Shown here in pieces: positions 12,431 to 25,387 of a stretch of DNA of 64,000 nucleotides. Under the pieces are notes generated by a model that had not been told where the DNA came from, did not search any database, and saw only the letters and a list, made by a program, of their open reading frames with translations. The stretch comes from Psammoneis japonica (lineage: Eukaryota). A program made the translations under genes and the position numbers. The stretch is from NCBI GenBank assembly GCA_008632985.1, contig QPGO01000019.1:372001-436000 (forward strand), written 5' to 3'. Numbering within the stretch: the stretch's first letter is position 1; each line of letters starts with the position of its first letter.

Positions 12431-13193
12431 CACATTGTCATGACATGAAGCACATCTCCCGCAGCAAACCACATTCTCCCGAATCTTGTCCAAGTCGCTG
12501 ATCAACTCATGTTGAGCAGCGAACAGATGATGTTTGGGCAACTCTGTCTCTTGTCCTCTGCAGCCTTGTCACTCCCTTTGCAAAACAACAACCTCAAAAT
12601 GATCCCACCCCAAAGAATGCTGCCCAGTCCCTTGCCTGTTGCGCCACGTTGCCGAAATGGAACCGACGAATCTCTTTTTCGTCCGATGCATTGCACTTCT
12701 TTCCCATGACATTCCACCCGACTCAACCTGACATTGCTTTGCTGCTGCCATGTCCCAAAACAGCATTGACCAACAATCCATCTGGCTGTTGTCCCCCGCC
12801 GGTGCATCTGGCCCCGTTTGGCACAGAAAACAGCCTTGACACCAAATTGAGGCTGTGTCATTCTCCCACACGTTGGGCAAATGAATGCAGTCATGTTCAT
12901 TTGTCACTCAAAAAAGGGGTTTGACAGATCACTTGATCTGCGGCATTGTGCTGATGATGTTTGATGCAAAAATCTTTGCGTTCGAGAGCAGTGGGAAGAG
13001 CAATGTGTGCAACCCAAACCACCTCGGTGAATTTGCAAAATGGCTGGTGCACCCAAGCCACATTAGATTGGCTTTGAAGGAGGCAGCCCTCCCAGAGCTG
13101 GCTCAACAAAAGAAAAAAAAGGCACGCAGAAAAATCATCAATGCGCACTGCTTCCAAACCAAAAAATGCAAAAGATCCATGGCGGCACAGGCA

Positions 13194-13630
13194 AGGGATT
13201 GCATCTTGTGCACTGCCTCCAATTCCCATCTGTTTCTTGCCTGACAAAATTGTTGTTGATGTTTCCTAGAATGAAAGCCATGCTAAAAGTCCAACGATTG
13301 CAACTGGTGTCAATTCTGGTGTGGAGGTTGCCAATGACAACAACAATGACACAACATGGGCGGAGACGGATGTCATGGATGACGAACATCAAATTTTGAC
13401 TGTTGCAGACAGTGAAGAAGTTTTGCCAGTGAGGGATTTCATCTGTCGTGCCACTTCCATTTCCCATCTGTTCCCTGCCTGACAAAATGCATGTTGATGT
13501 CTCCTGGAATGAAAGCAAAGCTCAAAGTCAAACGATTGCCACCGGCATCGACTCCATTCAGGAGGCCACCCATGACAACGACAATGACTCTACATGGGCG
13601 GAGACGGATGACATGGCTGACGAACATCCA
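13194..13630. repeat. Diverged tandem duplication, ~239-bp unit x2
   Basis: ttcccatctgtt..tgcctgacaaaat...acatgggcggagacggatg..catgg..gacgaacatc occurs twice. Confidence 0.85.
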
Positions 13631-14388
13631 ATTGATGCCAGCAGATTGTTGGCAATTGGCGTGGAAGTTGGTGGTGATTTAAATGGAAGTGACAAAGATG
13701 CACGCAACAGCATTCGAACTCAACGCCTGCAGGATCTTGGATGTGACATTTGCACAATTGACAAGAGGATGCGCTGTGCTTCCTCACCAAAGCACACAGA
13801 GTGCGATGTTCTAAGTTTGCACAGATCAGCAGAGTGGAAGAGATTGTCCAAAGAGACAGAGTTCGACCACATTTGCTTTGACTGCATGTGTTCAAACCCG
13901 GTGCATCTCTCGGCTTCAGTTCCAAAGGGACCTTTTTTCCAAGATGCACTCAGGGAGCTTTGCGGTCGCTGACGGATGATGGGATGTTCTTCTTGCCTGC
14001 GCACAATCTTGCGTTTTCCGAGTTTTGGATTGAATGGAAGAAACAACGTGTGTCGGAAGAGCACCCAATTCGCTTCTTGCATGAAGAGCAAGCACACGAC
14101 GAGGTCCCCATCCTTCGAGACGAGGCACAAGTGGACATCTCTGCCTGCAGAAAGTTTTGCACAAGGGAAGAATACATTGAGGATTGTGAGTTAAAACACA
14201 AAGAAGTGAAACGGCTCACACAAACAGGTGAAGCTGCATTGGCACATTTTCCAGATTTCGGGGGTCCAGTCAAATGCATTGGATTAACTGGAAGAAGAAA
14301 GGACCCTTGCTGTGCACCAGTTTTCACCGGTGACAACTGTGTGCATTGTCCAACATGCAGTCTCAAGAGACATGAGCGTTTTCTGTGA
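13448..14388 (+). pseudogene. Frameshifted cargo-like ORF, possibly a SAM-dependent methyltransferase fold
   Basis: EFDHICFDC (FDxIxFDY if TpA is restored) followed across a frameshift by LTDDGMFFLP resembles class I methyltransferase strand-4/5 motifs. Speculative. Confidence 0.3.
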
Positions 14389-14424
14389 TGCCCACATTGC
14401 AGGCCAGCTCCCATCCGGAATGCT

Positions 14425-16897
14425 GTGCAGTTTGATCTTGACTGCAAAGACGTGCCTGACTCAGCATGTGGAACAAACAACAGCAAGAAAACCAAGGAAG
14501 AATCTCTCCTCCAGCAAATCAAACAGTGCAACACCAATCTTGTCAGCTGTTGGAGGCAGAAGGACCAACCACATGGGGTGGGTGGCAAGAACTGGGGTTT
14601 GTTGTTAATGCGCCCCAAAAGCATCAGCAAAAATTTGAACAACAAAAGAGAACTCAAGCGAAAATTCTGCCTGAAACAACCTCACCGGAAGTCCAACAAG
14701 CTGTCTGATGCGTTCGACAACAACATTCCATTCATTGAAAAACCAGGCAGGGAGGGAACAAGGTGTTCCCTCGTCATCCACTTCAAGCCACATGTTGTGG
14801 CACATGGCGCGATGGGTCCGAATGCTTCAAAGCAAGTGTGTCGGCACCTTCAAAGCAAGGCAGAGATTCTACGTTCGGATGCCAACCACCCACACAGGGC
14901 AAGTGATCCAACTCATCCACTCGTTTTGAACCCAGATGCAATGGAGGGAATTGCCGATGATGCCGTCTTCAGGCAGCGCAAGTTTGACAAAAGAATTCTT
15001 GGATCAGGCTTGTCAACACAGCTCAGAACCATTGTTGAACAGGGGCTGAGCAGTGGGTCAGCAAGAGAGTTTTTACTTGCTGCAAAGTTTGACCATTCAT
15101 TTTGAGGGACTGTTGCCAAAGATTTTGGCATGAATGGAGTGCTTGCTCAAGGTTGGAGCTGCCATGGTGGATCAGGTGTTGCAAGGCCTGGAACGACAGA
15201 AAAGGAAAAAGACCTCTCTCCAAGATGATGCAGACAGTGGATTTTGCAACTGACCGTGATTTTGGTTCATGTTGTGTGCCAAAAAGCTTTGCAGGGAACA
15301 CCAAGGTCTTCCCAAGGGGAAATGTCGGAGGAAAGACGAAGGTTGTCTGAGAAACACCAAGTCTGGTTGGGTTGCCCAGAACGATTGCAAGGTGTGTTAA
15401 AGCTTGATGAGGCAGGATCTCACATCACCGGTTTTGCTTTCACACACTTCGATGGGGAAAATGAGTGGGAATTCCTCTTGGATGACATTGGCAACTGTGT
15501 TGTCTTCATTGATGATTGGCGGGATTACAACATTGGTGAAGATTTGGTGGACAAGCTGAAAAGGCATTCGGTCCCCATCACCAACACCACGTTTGACCAT
15601 CTGTCGTGCAACAGAGAGATTGTCAGAATTCAGCTACGAAAGCCACTGTTCAAGACGGATTGTGAACATGCAAATGCCCTGTTCGAACAACTGGAATCCC
15701 CGACAGACAGCTTCAACCTTTCCACTGTGGAGAACAAAGATGACGTTCAGTGCGCTGCCCAGTGTGTTGGGGATCACCTGCAGCGATTTGACAGTGGCGA
15801 CCACAAAGGCATGTTGGGATTGCTTGTTGATGAAGGCAAAGACAGAGACCTTCTCCTGGGATCAATCGCCCACAGCTGGTTCAATTTCACATTTCACTGT
15901 GAGGGGCACGTTGCTTTTCACCATGGAGACGAATTCGCGGCATTTGTGGGCATGGAATTCAAAGGGTTTTCCTCTTGATGCTCTTGTTGCATTGAGAGAA
16001 TCTGTGAAACCCGAAAACCAAGAATCTGTGAAGACTTTGTTGCAGAAAAATGAGATGGGATTGTTGCATCACCGATTGGTGTCGATGATGAAGCAACTGA
16101 AGAACAACGGTGACATGAACGGAACAACGTGTTTGACGTTACAGAGATTTCAACACATGGATCCTTCGTTGACCAACATTGAGGAGATGCGAATCTACTG
16201 TGCTTTCATTTCCAGTCAATTTGATGTTCTGCGGGCAAAGGACACCAATGGAAGTCACAAATCTGCCAGGGAACTTTTGTTTTGTCGCGAAGCCAGGAAG
16301 AACGAACTGCCAAAGCAGTGGCTGCCAAGCACAAGGTTGGGCGATGTGTGCGTGGCTTTGACGATCCAATCGGCTTCCGTCATGGGACAAATCCCCCCTC
16401 AAAATGCAGCAGTGGCACACATGTCCAAGGGTGATTCTGGATTTCATCCATTTGTTAACATGTGTGTTGTTGGGAAAGAAGCACACGCGAGAGGCGAACG
16501 GATCTCCTCGTTGAAGGCAAGGGAGGTTGTTCAAAATGCAGTTGAAGTTGCAAGAAAAAATGGCAGAAGACCAACTTGGGCCAAATGTGACCAACTGGGC
16601 TGCAGGAAATGTCGATCGATGAACAACAAGTTGCGCAAGGATCCATGCCACCTCGTGTCGAGCGAGCGGGGTGTGTCACCCGTTCGCTCTCTGGAACATT
16701 CGAACAAGTCGACAAGCGGTTTGTGGCCTGACAAATTGGAACACAGGATTGAATGTTTCATTTGTGATCAATGGTGTGATTTGTCAACTCATGCCAATGT
16801 TTGCTCTCATGTCAAGTCAAAGCATGACTTGACAAAGCAGAAGGGTTTGCTCCAATTCCGAGAATCGAAACTGAGCGGGACTGACCAGCACTTTTAG
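14425..16897 (+). pseudogene. Degraded long ORF(s) of unknown function with a C-terminal C2H2-like finger
   Basis: Overlapping ORFs 14425-15105, 15244-15978 and 15593-16897. Ends with CFICDQWCDLSTHANVCSHVKSKH. Confidence 0.4.
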
Positions 16898-17175
16898 ATG
16901 TGTCAGCATGCCATTGCTCTTCAATGCACTCACTGATGGAAGGAGCAACATTGCTCTTCAACGTGCTTGCTGACAGAAGGAGCAACAATGAGTGGTGCCA
17001 ACAGATGCTGTTGGACAGGTTGACACACCTTTTACAGCAAACTCATTGGAACAAAGACAGAAGGCTTAAAAAACATTTAAGAACATTTCCTTTTTCCCAA
17101 GGCACGTTGTCGTTTCTCTTTGTCTCGCTTCCTGCATTTGTCTGGGTGAAGCTGGATCACTTTGTTGGACAGGAA

Positions 17176-20100
17176 TTAATTCGGCCAGTCATTGTGTCTG
17201 TCTGCAACAAACAACAATGAGTTCGAGCATCCCAACACTTCAATGTTGTCTTCATTGCAGTTGTCAGGAACAAGGACAGAGAAACCACCCATTGCTGTTG
17301 TGTCTCTGCTGGCATGCCGAAATTTTGGGATCATCTGAGAATCTCTGCCATGACCAACAGTTGTTGTTTCAAGTTCCCAGTGCTCGACCACACCGTTGGA
17401 AGACTTGTCACGTGGCGTCTTTGTCTGTTCCTTGCATGACTGTCCTGCGGCAAGCGGCGTTGTTCCGTCGTCAGCTGACACAAAACCAGGGAGCACAAAC
17501 GGGCACCTTTTTTTCTGACCAGTTCCCTCTTCGTGCAAGACCCTGGGTGTGTTGCACCACAACCCATTGTTGTTGTAATTGGGGTGTGCACGCATTAAAA
17601 TCCCTTTCTCTGGCATGGCAAACTCCGAGCAAACAACTGCTTCATTGTGCTTGGCGGAAAGTTCCTCCGTTGGCAACAACAAAAACTCAAGCAGGGTGGA
17701 GTCCAATTCTGCAGTTTCCAGGATGACACGGATCTTGTTGCTGCCTGAACACTGACAGCAAGTTTGGGCAGTTCTGTTCACATCAAACAAGGGGTGCATC
17801 AATTTTTCTTCAGAGGAATTTACGCTCGCCTGTCCAACCGTGGAAGGGATGAGAAGGCTGTGTGCCTTCTCAAGAACTGCCATGTCATGCAAATGAACAA
17901 CAAGTTGGTCCAAGAAATTGTCTGCACCCAATGCAACCTGGCAAGTTTTTGCCGGAAGCTCAGCCCAGAACTTCAGGTGACTCTCTCCAATCATGGCAGA
18001 GAAATTCGTAATCTGGCCACAAAGGAAAGAGTCGATGATGAGATGCAGCATAGAATGGAACTTGGCAGTCCGGAACAAATGAGTGTTCCTTGCACGACAA
18101 AGGCATGCTTTTATCTTGAACATGAGCAGGGCGACTCGGCACTTGAAATCCACCTTTCCTGTTTTTCCATGGAGACCCTTTCTGTAGAGACAAAACAAAT
18201 GGAAAAGCAGCATGTGATGCAACAAGTCCAACAATTCATCAACTCCACAATCGATGGATTTTTTGGCTGTCGTTTCGTCATCTGCTGTCTTCATAAAAGT
18301 TTGAGGAAGTTTGTTTTCCATTTCTGCACAGATGACAGTGCTTGGCAATTTTGACTTGGTGAGAAGAAAGTGCCGTCTGTCTGCACACCTTGCAAAGTTG
18401 TCCCGATCATCTGCCGAATCAACGACAAGACCATGTGGTCCGGGTGTCGACAATTGTTCAGGTGAAGTCTCAACAGCCCGTTGTTTCCGTCTCAACGATT
18501 TTGTTTCATCCCATGCAATCTTCTGGCACAACAAAAAGCGATCGTTGTCTAGTTGCTTGGAAAATGGTTTCCCAAAATTCAGAAAGGCAGTGACGATGCA
18601 TCTGTTGCATCACACAGTTTCGGTGATGGAGATCAGATGGGTCGCAGGCGACATCAGACCATGTCTCTTTAGGAAGTGCAACCGGCACATTCTCATCAAC
18701 CGGGCTTGTGTTTGTTTTGCCGGTTTGTTCATTGGATGGTTCAACAGGATCAGTGTCCTCATCGTCGGGTCCACTTTCTGACGATTTGGTCAATTGTTCA
18801 TCTTGTTGCTTCTTTCCTTTAAAGCCATCAGCCGTCTTTTTCTTTTTGCTGTCAAAGGTTGGATCGCACCTTTTTTCCAGCAGTTTTCTGCCAGTGTGTG
18901 TGTGACCAATGATTGCAAGTGCAAGAAGCATTCCCATCTTCTCATCACACACAAGTTGACTGAGTGTGGAAAGTCCCCAGTTAACTTGAATTCGCAGGCA
19001 GTCACGTCTCTGACCTGGACGACAATGGGATGTGCAGAAATGCTCAGCTGCAATCCGGTTGCACTCCTCTTTCTGTTTGGCAGACATCTCTCCTGTGATC
19101 ACCTCCATCATTTGAGGGACAATGCCCACCTCCAACACATGCATCATGTCAGCAACAGTCATGCCAAATGCACCACGTGGGTTGTCGCCCATGTCAAGTG
19201 GAAAGCAAGCATTGTCCACCGCGTGCTGTCCAAACACTTTTCTCAAAATTTTGGAGCATGCAGTCATTCGGCAAATGAGGAAGGAAGCCAGCTCAGTCTC
19301 AGCCTTTTTTTTGATGTCATTGTGCGATGCTTCCGGGAAACGCTTTTAACATGCTGGTGCCAATGGCTGTTGTCATCCTCTGGATCTGGGCCCAATGCAG
19401 CTGCAGTGAGCAACTCCATGAAAGCTTGGTCAAAGAATTGGCAGACATGGAGGGGATCATCAGAACGGTGGGAGGGCACATGGCAGTTGTGAGACAACCT
19501 CTTGGTCTTGCTTCAGCCCATGACTCTTCCACAAATGCATTCTTGATTGAGGATGTCCCCCAACAGGGAGTTGCAATGTGTTGCAGCTCTGACACAGCGG
19601 CATTGAGTGCCCATCATTGCACGAACAATGGGTGGATTTGCCTGGCAATGAAGCAGACCACGGAGAACCTCCTTGAGAATGCGGTGACAGTTGGCAACAA
19701 CAAGGCACCCAAGCTTGTCTTTCTTGTCTTTCCTGTCCAAATTGGGCATGAATCCAAGTGGATGCCAACAACGGCAGTCACAGCATGCATCCTCTCGAAT
19801 CATGGCAAGTGAGTGCATTGCAGGCTCCATCCCATGAGGATTGACCACATTGGCTCCGGTCTTGTCCAAGCAATTGACAAGGTGAGCGTGAAAATCAGAG
19901 GCCATTTCCTTGGCATTGGAGCAACGTTGTTGCCACTCGCCATCACCCATGTCTTGACTTTGAGTGGACAATCACCAGTCACCAGGACAATCCGGGAATG
20001 ACATCTCAAAACCGTCAGCCTGGCTGGTGCTGGGATCAAAATTGCCGTCAGTGGGGGGTGGCGCATGAGGTGACCAGACATCATTTGGATTGACCTGCAA

Positions 20101-21398
20101 CTTGGAAAGATCATGGAACACTGGCTCGGTGAAGACATCCTGCAAGGTCTCGGTGAAACTGCAAACTGGGAAAGGTGGGGAGCGACGATGTTTGGGTCCA
20201 CTCTTCTGTTGCTGTGTTGGATTGTTGCATTCTAGCATCACAGCAGCAGTGCGGGGGAGAGGAACATTGGGAAACAGACCTGGGAGTTGCTTCATTGCCA
20301 CGGCGGCAGTGATGGGTGGCTTTGACAAATCCAGTCTTTTTTCTGCATGCTCTTCATGCAAAATTCTCATTGCTTTGTCAACAAAGTCAATTGCAACACC
20401 TGACCGACAACACAAATGCAGCAAACGTGCCATGGGTGCAATGCTGGGTGAGCAGACTGGAGAGGTGCATCAAAATCCTCATCGGGTGCGACATCACGCA
20501 GCGGGCCAAGAGGGTTGTGTTGATCGAGGGAGGAAACAGGCTCTTCCATCGGATGGGAAATTGAGGTGGGCCCACAACTGCCATCGCGATGGTCGGCTCC
20601 AATGAACTCAGGAACATCCACAGGACTGTCCTCTCCAAGGGCGGACACACCATCATCTGCAAACAAAACAAATCGGCAGGCGTTTTGGGAGGCTGCACTG
20701 GCGGCAGCAACGTTGGCGGCTGAACGCAATCGACCAGAGCATCTGACGGAGGGTGGGCACAGTCCATTTCCGGCAGAGGGAGGACAAGCTGGAGAAGAAT
20801 TGTCCGTTGGTGTGGGAGGAGATGGAGCTGGATTCCAAAGGACTTCGGGGAGGGGAGGAGGGGGTTCGTCATCAGAGAAACCAAACCCAGCAGGATCATC
20901 GTGGTCATCCAGTGATTCATTGTCTGGAGGGGGAAGTGCATTGGCGGCAGCAGAAGATGCGGCATGCAGGCAAAGGGACATTTCCTCCTTTTCATGGCAG
21001 GGCAAGTGCTTCTGTAGATGAAGGGCGATGTTGGAAAAGAGGACACGGCAATGGGGGCATTTGGGTTTGTTGGTGTTAGATCCAAGGGAGCCAACGGAGG
21101 CGGAATCCAGAGGATGAGAGGAAAGAGATGTTCCGCCGGATGAAGAAGACAACTGGGTTGCACGGCGCAACTGTGTCAATGGGGGATGGAGACCAGATGC
21201 TGCAGTGCAGTGCCAAGACAGGTGATGCTGCACATTGTTTTTGGAGTCAAATCCACGTTGTCCGCAATGAGGACAACTGAAAGACTTGGTGGAAATGGCG
21301 GAACGGAGGCAGTTAGTTGCAATGTGCCTGCTGAGACCACATTCGGAAAAGAAACCAGTTCGTTTGCACCATGGACAAACAAGACCATCAGACAACAT
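17176..21398 (-). pseudogene. Plavaka-like (CMC/EnSpm-related) transposase with N-terminal C2H2 zinc fingers; multiple frameshifts
   Basis: Motifs in order: LDKTG, HGMEP, PLGFMPNL, GDILNQECICG, ADMMHVLEVGI, KFHSMLH and GESHLKFWA..PAKT. N-terminal CPWC, CPHC and CPHC fingers. Confidence 0.75.
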
Positions 21399-22591
21399 GG
21401 CCGATGTACAGAGATGAAGGAGTTGAGAAAAGAATCGAAAGGAAACAGCGTGTGCAGCAACAATCACTTGGGGATGCAGTGAGGGCAGAAACACAGAGAA
21501 ACAACGTGCGATCGACATGGAAGGTGTCATGGATGGACGGGAAGGAAGGATGGAATGGGCAGGGAGAGAAAATTGAGAAGACAATTAGAATCTACATTGA
21601 CAGATGTGGGCGGCAATTTTGATCCAGAAAGTTGATTAACACACAATCCAGAAATTAAAATGGAGCTGAACACACACATGAGGCTCTTGTCGGATGGGGG
21701 GGCAAATGGCCAAATTGAGGAAAACAGATGTTTGTTGTTGAATGTTTCAGAAATGCTGACTTGACAAATCAGCACGATCTTGGATTAAAGGGAGAGAATG
21801 TCGGGTTTCATTTCAAGAAATCTTGATGGTCAGTGCAGCACCTGGATTGTTGGTGTCCCAGATGACTGGTGAGCTGCACAGCGGGGATCTTGCATCAGAG
21901 TCTGGGTGGCCACAACACCGTGAAGATCAAAGTCTGGAAAACAAAAGTCATGAAAGTTGGTGGCGGTCCTGCTGTTGGATTTATGACAAGCATTGAGGGC
22001 TCCAAAGCTGAGCATTCTGATGTGCCACCTTGTTGTCTCACCTTGGCTTGGGCTCTCCATGGAGAGGCAGACAACTCAGTCCACAGTGCACCAACAGAAA
22101 GCCTTTTCAATGCTCCAACTTTTGTCTGCTGGTGCTTGTCAATGCAAGTGATTTCATCCATTTCCCATGCTGCAACAAGAATCAATGGTGGGGAAGGACT
22201 CTGCAAATGAAGCAACAAACATTGCGCAGCAGCAATGGATCACAATTGACTGGACCATGAATGTCCTTGGTTGTGCCAGGGATTGTTTGATCCAAGGTTT
22301 GTGAGACCAATGCACTCACACATGTGTGCGCTGTTGACCCTTCCAATGATCCTCTGATGCTGGATTTCAAAAGCCAGTTGGTTGGAAAGTCCATGAGATC
22401 TGTTGAAAGCCAATGTGGGTGGTGAGAAAGGAAATGTCTTCCAGGAGTCCCGGTTGAATGCTTTTCGCAAACCTCCATCTGGACGTCCTCCTCGGTCGTG
22501 AATGTCAAGTGTCAATGCCCCAATGCTTGCGCTCACTTTTCATTCTCAAGCAATCAAGACAAAACCTCAAGCAATGCAAAACCCTGTCACC

Positions 22592-23800
22592 ATGACAAAC
22601 AATGACACCAGTGTCCCATCGTGCTCAAGTGATTGCACCATCAAGGCATCCAATGTGAGTGCCAAGGCAAAGAAGATGGTGAGTTCATTTTTTGTGTCGC
22701 AATCTCTCTTGACTGGCACAAGACAATCTGATGCGTGTTGCGGTGCAATGCATGGATTCGTGGTGGGACATGTGGCTTGTGAAGGCATGGGTTCTGCGCG
22801 AGCCTTGGCTGTGGGAAACCTGCTGTTTCAGCAATCTGGTTGTGTCTCTTTCTGGAGCCGTTGGCTTGAGAGGTGACTGTTGTTGTTTTGCTTGAGTGAT
22901 TGAGATGAGCACTGATTTTCTCTCCTCTGCCGTTGCCCCCAGGCTTCGGCACAAATTCTGCGGGACAGCCATTTCAACTGATGACAATGCAAAGCAGACC
23001 TGCATTCATTTCTTGTCATTTGCTGACCACGTTGTCAATTGTCTACATTGTGTGTTCAATCCATTAGAAAGAGAAGGCCAAGGCTCGAAGAAAGACCATC
23101 ATGTCATCAGAGCACGATGAATCTGGTGTTGCTGGAATGGGCAAGCATGGTTCTTCCATTGTTGTTCCTCGCATGAGATCACCTCACACCTTGCTCATGT
23201 TTTGATTTCTCTTTGTGGTTGGTGTTTAACTCACAACAGATTTGATCAAGACCAATGAGTCAATGTCAAAAACCTTTGTCAAGCTTCAGAAAGTCCATCT
23301 GCATGACAACAAGAAATGCGCATGCCACGTCAAACGTTGCCATGAACTCATCGCACATCTTCCACCAGAGTTGCAGGCTTCATTTGGAGAGCAACTCTCC
23401 ACTCATCAAAATTGTTGCCTTTGGTTGATGGATGTTGACCAACCAAGGGAGGAACCTTGCAACAATGAAGAACCCATCACGAAACTTCTTTTGAAGAGCG
23501 CAGCAAGGAACTTGAAGAGCGCAACAAGGAACTTGAAGTGCGCTGCAAAGAGCTTCACAGGCAGGTTGCTCCTCTTAAAGATGCCTTCACTGCACAAGTT
23601 GAATGTCTCAGCAGCATTCAAGATCATGCCAATGAGAAGCTTCAAGCAAGTCGAAAGCAGTGCGACACATTTCAGGCAGAGGCTCACTGTGGATCAATTG
23701 GCAAGGAGGATCATGAACTTGCTGTCGCTCCCAACAACATGCAGCATGGCAGCCCTGACAACAGGAACCACCATTCTTCTTCTGGAAGCAAGAGCTCATT
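22592..23800 (+). pseudogene. Hypermutated paralog of the spliced coiled-coil gene at 25388-26601
   Basis: Exon 1 MTNNDTSVPSCSSDCTIKASNVSAKAKKM|gtgagt. Exon 2 (23068-23140) is 73 nt, the same length as in the paralog. Exon 3 VKLQ...LPPELQASFGEQLS. The upstream region is also homologous. Confidence 0.75.
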
Positions 23801-25387
23801 GAGCTCTTCAGCCTCAGCGTGCATCAAAGCTGGCGGCAGACTTCTGAATGTGGAGGTCATTGTCAACACAGACGGAAGTGGCGCTGCGACTCTCTTTGCT
23901 GAAGACAGAGAAGTGCTTGAAGAGCAAATCCATGACCTTTGCATTGTCTCCAAGAAGGAAGTCGCACCCCTCTTGAAAATTGTTGTGGATCTAGACCACC
24001 TTCTGACCAAGGCTTGCGCGAAACTGCTGGCAAGTCACAAGTGGCCTCGTGAATGAAAGATGGATGTGGAGACTTCCACCCCTCCCTGCGACAGACTCCA
24101 CCTCACCTGCAGTGCTGCATTGCCTGGGGCATGGACTTCTAATGGAAACAGCTTGAAAAGTGGAGGAACTTTGGATGAGAGGGGTCGAAGACCTCCAATG
24201 ATGAGGAAAACTGTGAGTCATCTTCAAGTGGTTCATTGGCCAGTGAGTCAGAGGCAGGGCTCTCTGAACGGTGGGCCATGAATCCAAGCATGGACAAACC
24301 AAATCATTGGAGTGACGTGAGAGACCCATGGACTTGGGGACTGATGATGTCACTTTGCAATTTAAACACTGACTGCAGGAGGACACTGATGAGTTGAGCA
24401 GAGAACCACTTGCACGATGCATTTTGCCTTCATTTGGTTTGCGCCTGCACGGACTGCTTGGCACCAGACTTAGATCCTGCAGCAGAACTTTGAACTCTCT
24501 GCTTCAACTCCTCTCACCCAGTCTTCAAATCTCTCTTCCTCTCCTGCTCCACAGCTTTCCTCGCTCGTTCTTTCTCTCGTTCCATCGTCTGTGCATGCAT
24601 GCTTCACCGCTGAAGCGAAGGACTGAAGGACAGACCCGACTCATCAAAATAATAGAGAATCGCAATCTTGATTCCAGATTCTTGATCAATCATCTCCGTC
24701 ATCAGTCTTCATGTCGGATGACGTTGTGTTTGTGTCGATCTGAAATGAATTGATGTACTATAATGTGTCGATGCTTCGTGCTTCGAGAAAGTAAACGGTT
24801 TTGTTGGTAGATTGAGAACGTGCATTATAGAATAGCTTGCCTGTTGCGGCCGACACGGTGGTGTAGGTGGTGTGGGTTGTGGATTTGCCGAGAAGGCACT
24901 CGTCTCCGGCGTGCTTCATGATGCGTGCACCAGCGCAAGGGAATAATGGGTTGTGGTTTAGCACTCTGGAGCTCAGCTACGTAAGGTTCTTACGCGATAC
25001 CACATCCTCGAGAGGCATTCAAATTATGCCGCAGACATGTCATGTTGGGTGTGGCATGAGCTATGAGCAAGGCATCGAGAGATTTCGTATTTGATCAGGT
25101 GAGCGGAGGCACTTCGTATCTGCTCTAATTGAGGCATGTTGTTAGGAGGAGACGAAAAGCCTGTCTTTCTTAAACGCATGACGTCTTATTGGTGAGAGAA
25201 TCGTGAATGGGTTTTGCCTTTGGAGGAAGGAAAAGTCCGCCTTGAATCCCACTTGAAAACTTTTCGCAAACTTCTTTCGCGCCATCGGTCGTGGCAAGCT
25301 TGGACGGGCGCCAATGCTTTCTCTCACTTTCATTCTTGAGCAATCAAAACAAAACCTCAAGCTTTCTCTGATACATCACCGTTTACC

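Larger units (their letters stand above)
7900..21810. mobile_element. Large degraded DNA-transposon block: Plavaka-like transposase plus several cargo-like ORFs; ends not defined
   Basis: Continuous TpA-depleted block containing the transposase at 17176-21398 and long Tyr-poor ORFs at 10848-11657, 13448-14388 and 14425-16897. That this is a single element is an inference. Confidence 0.5.

Noticed and set aside
21770..24720. atgtcggg (~21800) and cccgac (~24655) as transposon termini
   Set aside because: The matches are too short and no partner end or TSD could be identified.
7900..24750. A deaminase (HxE...PCxxC) encoded in the window as the mutator
   Set aside because: No convincing motif was found by eye, and Cys/His pairs here are inflated by the mutation itself. 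The responsible enzyme is probably encoded elsewhere.
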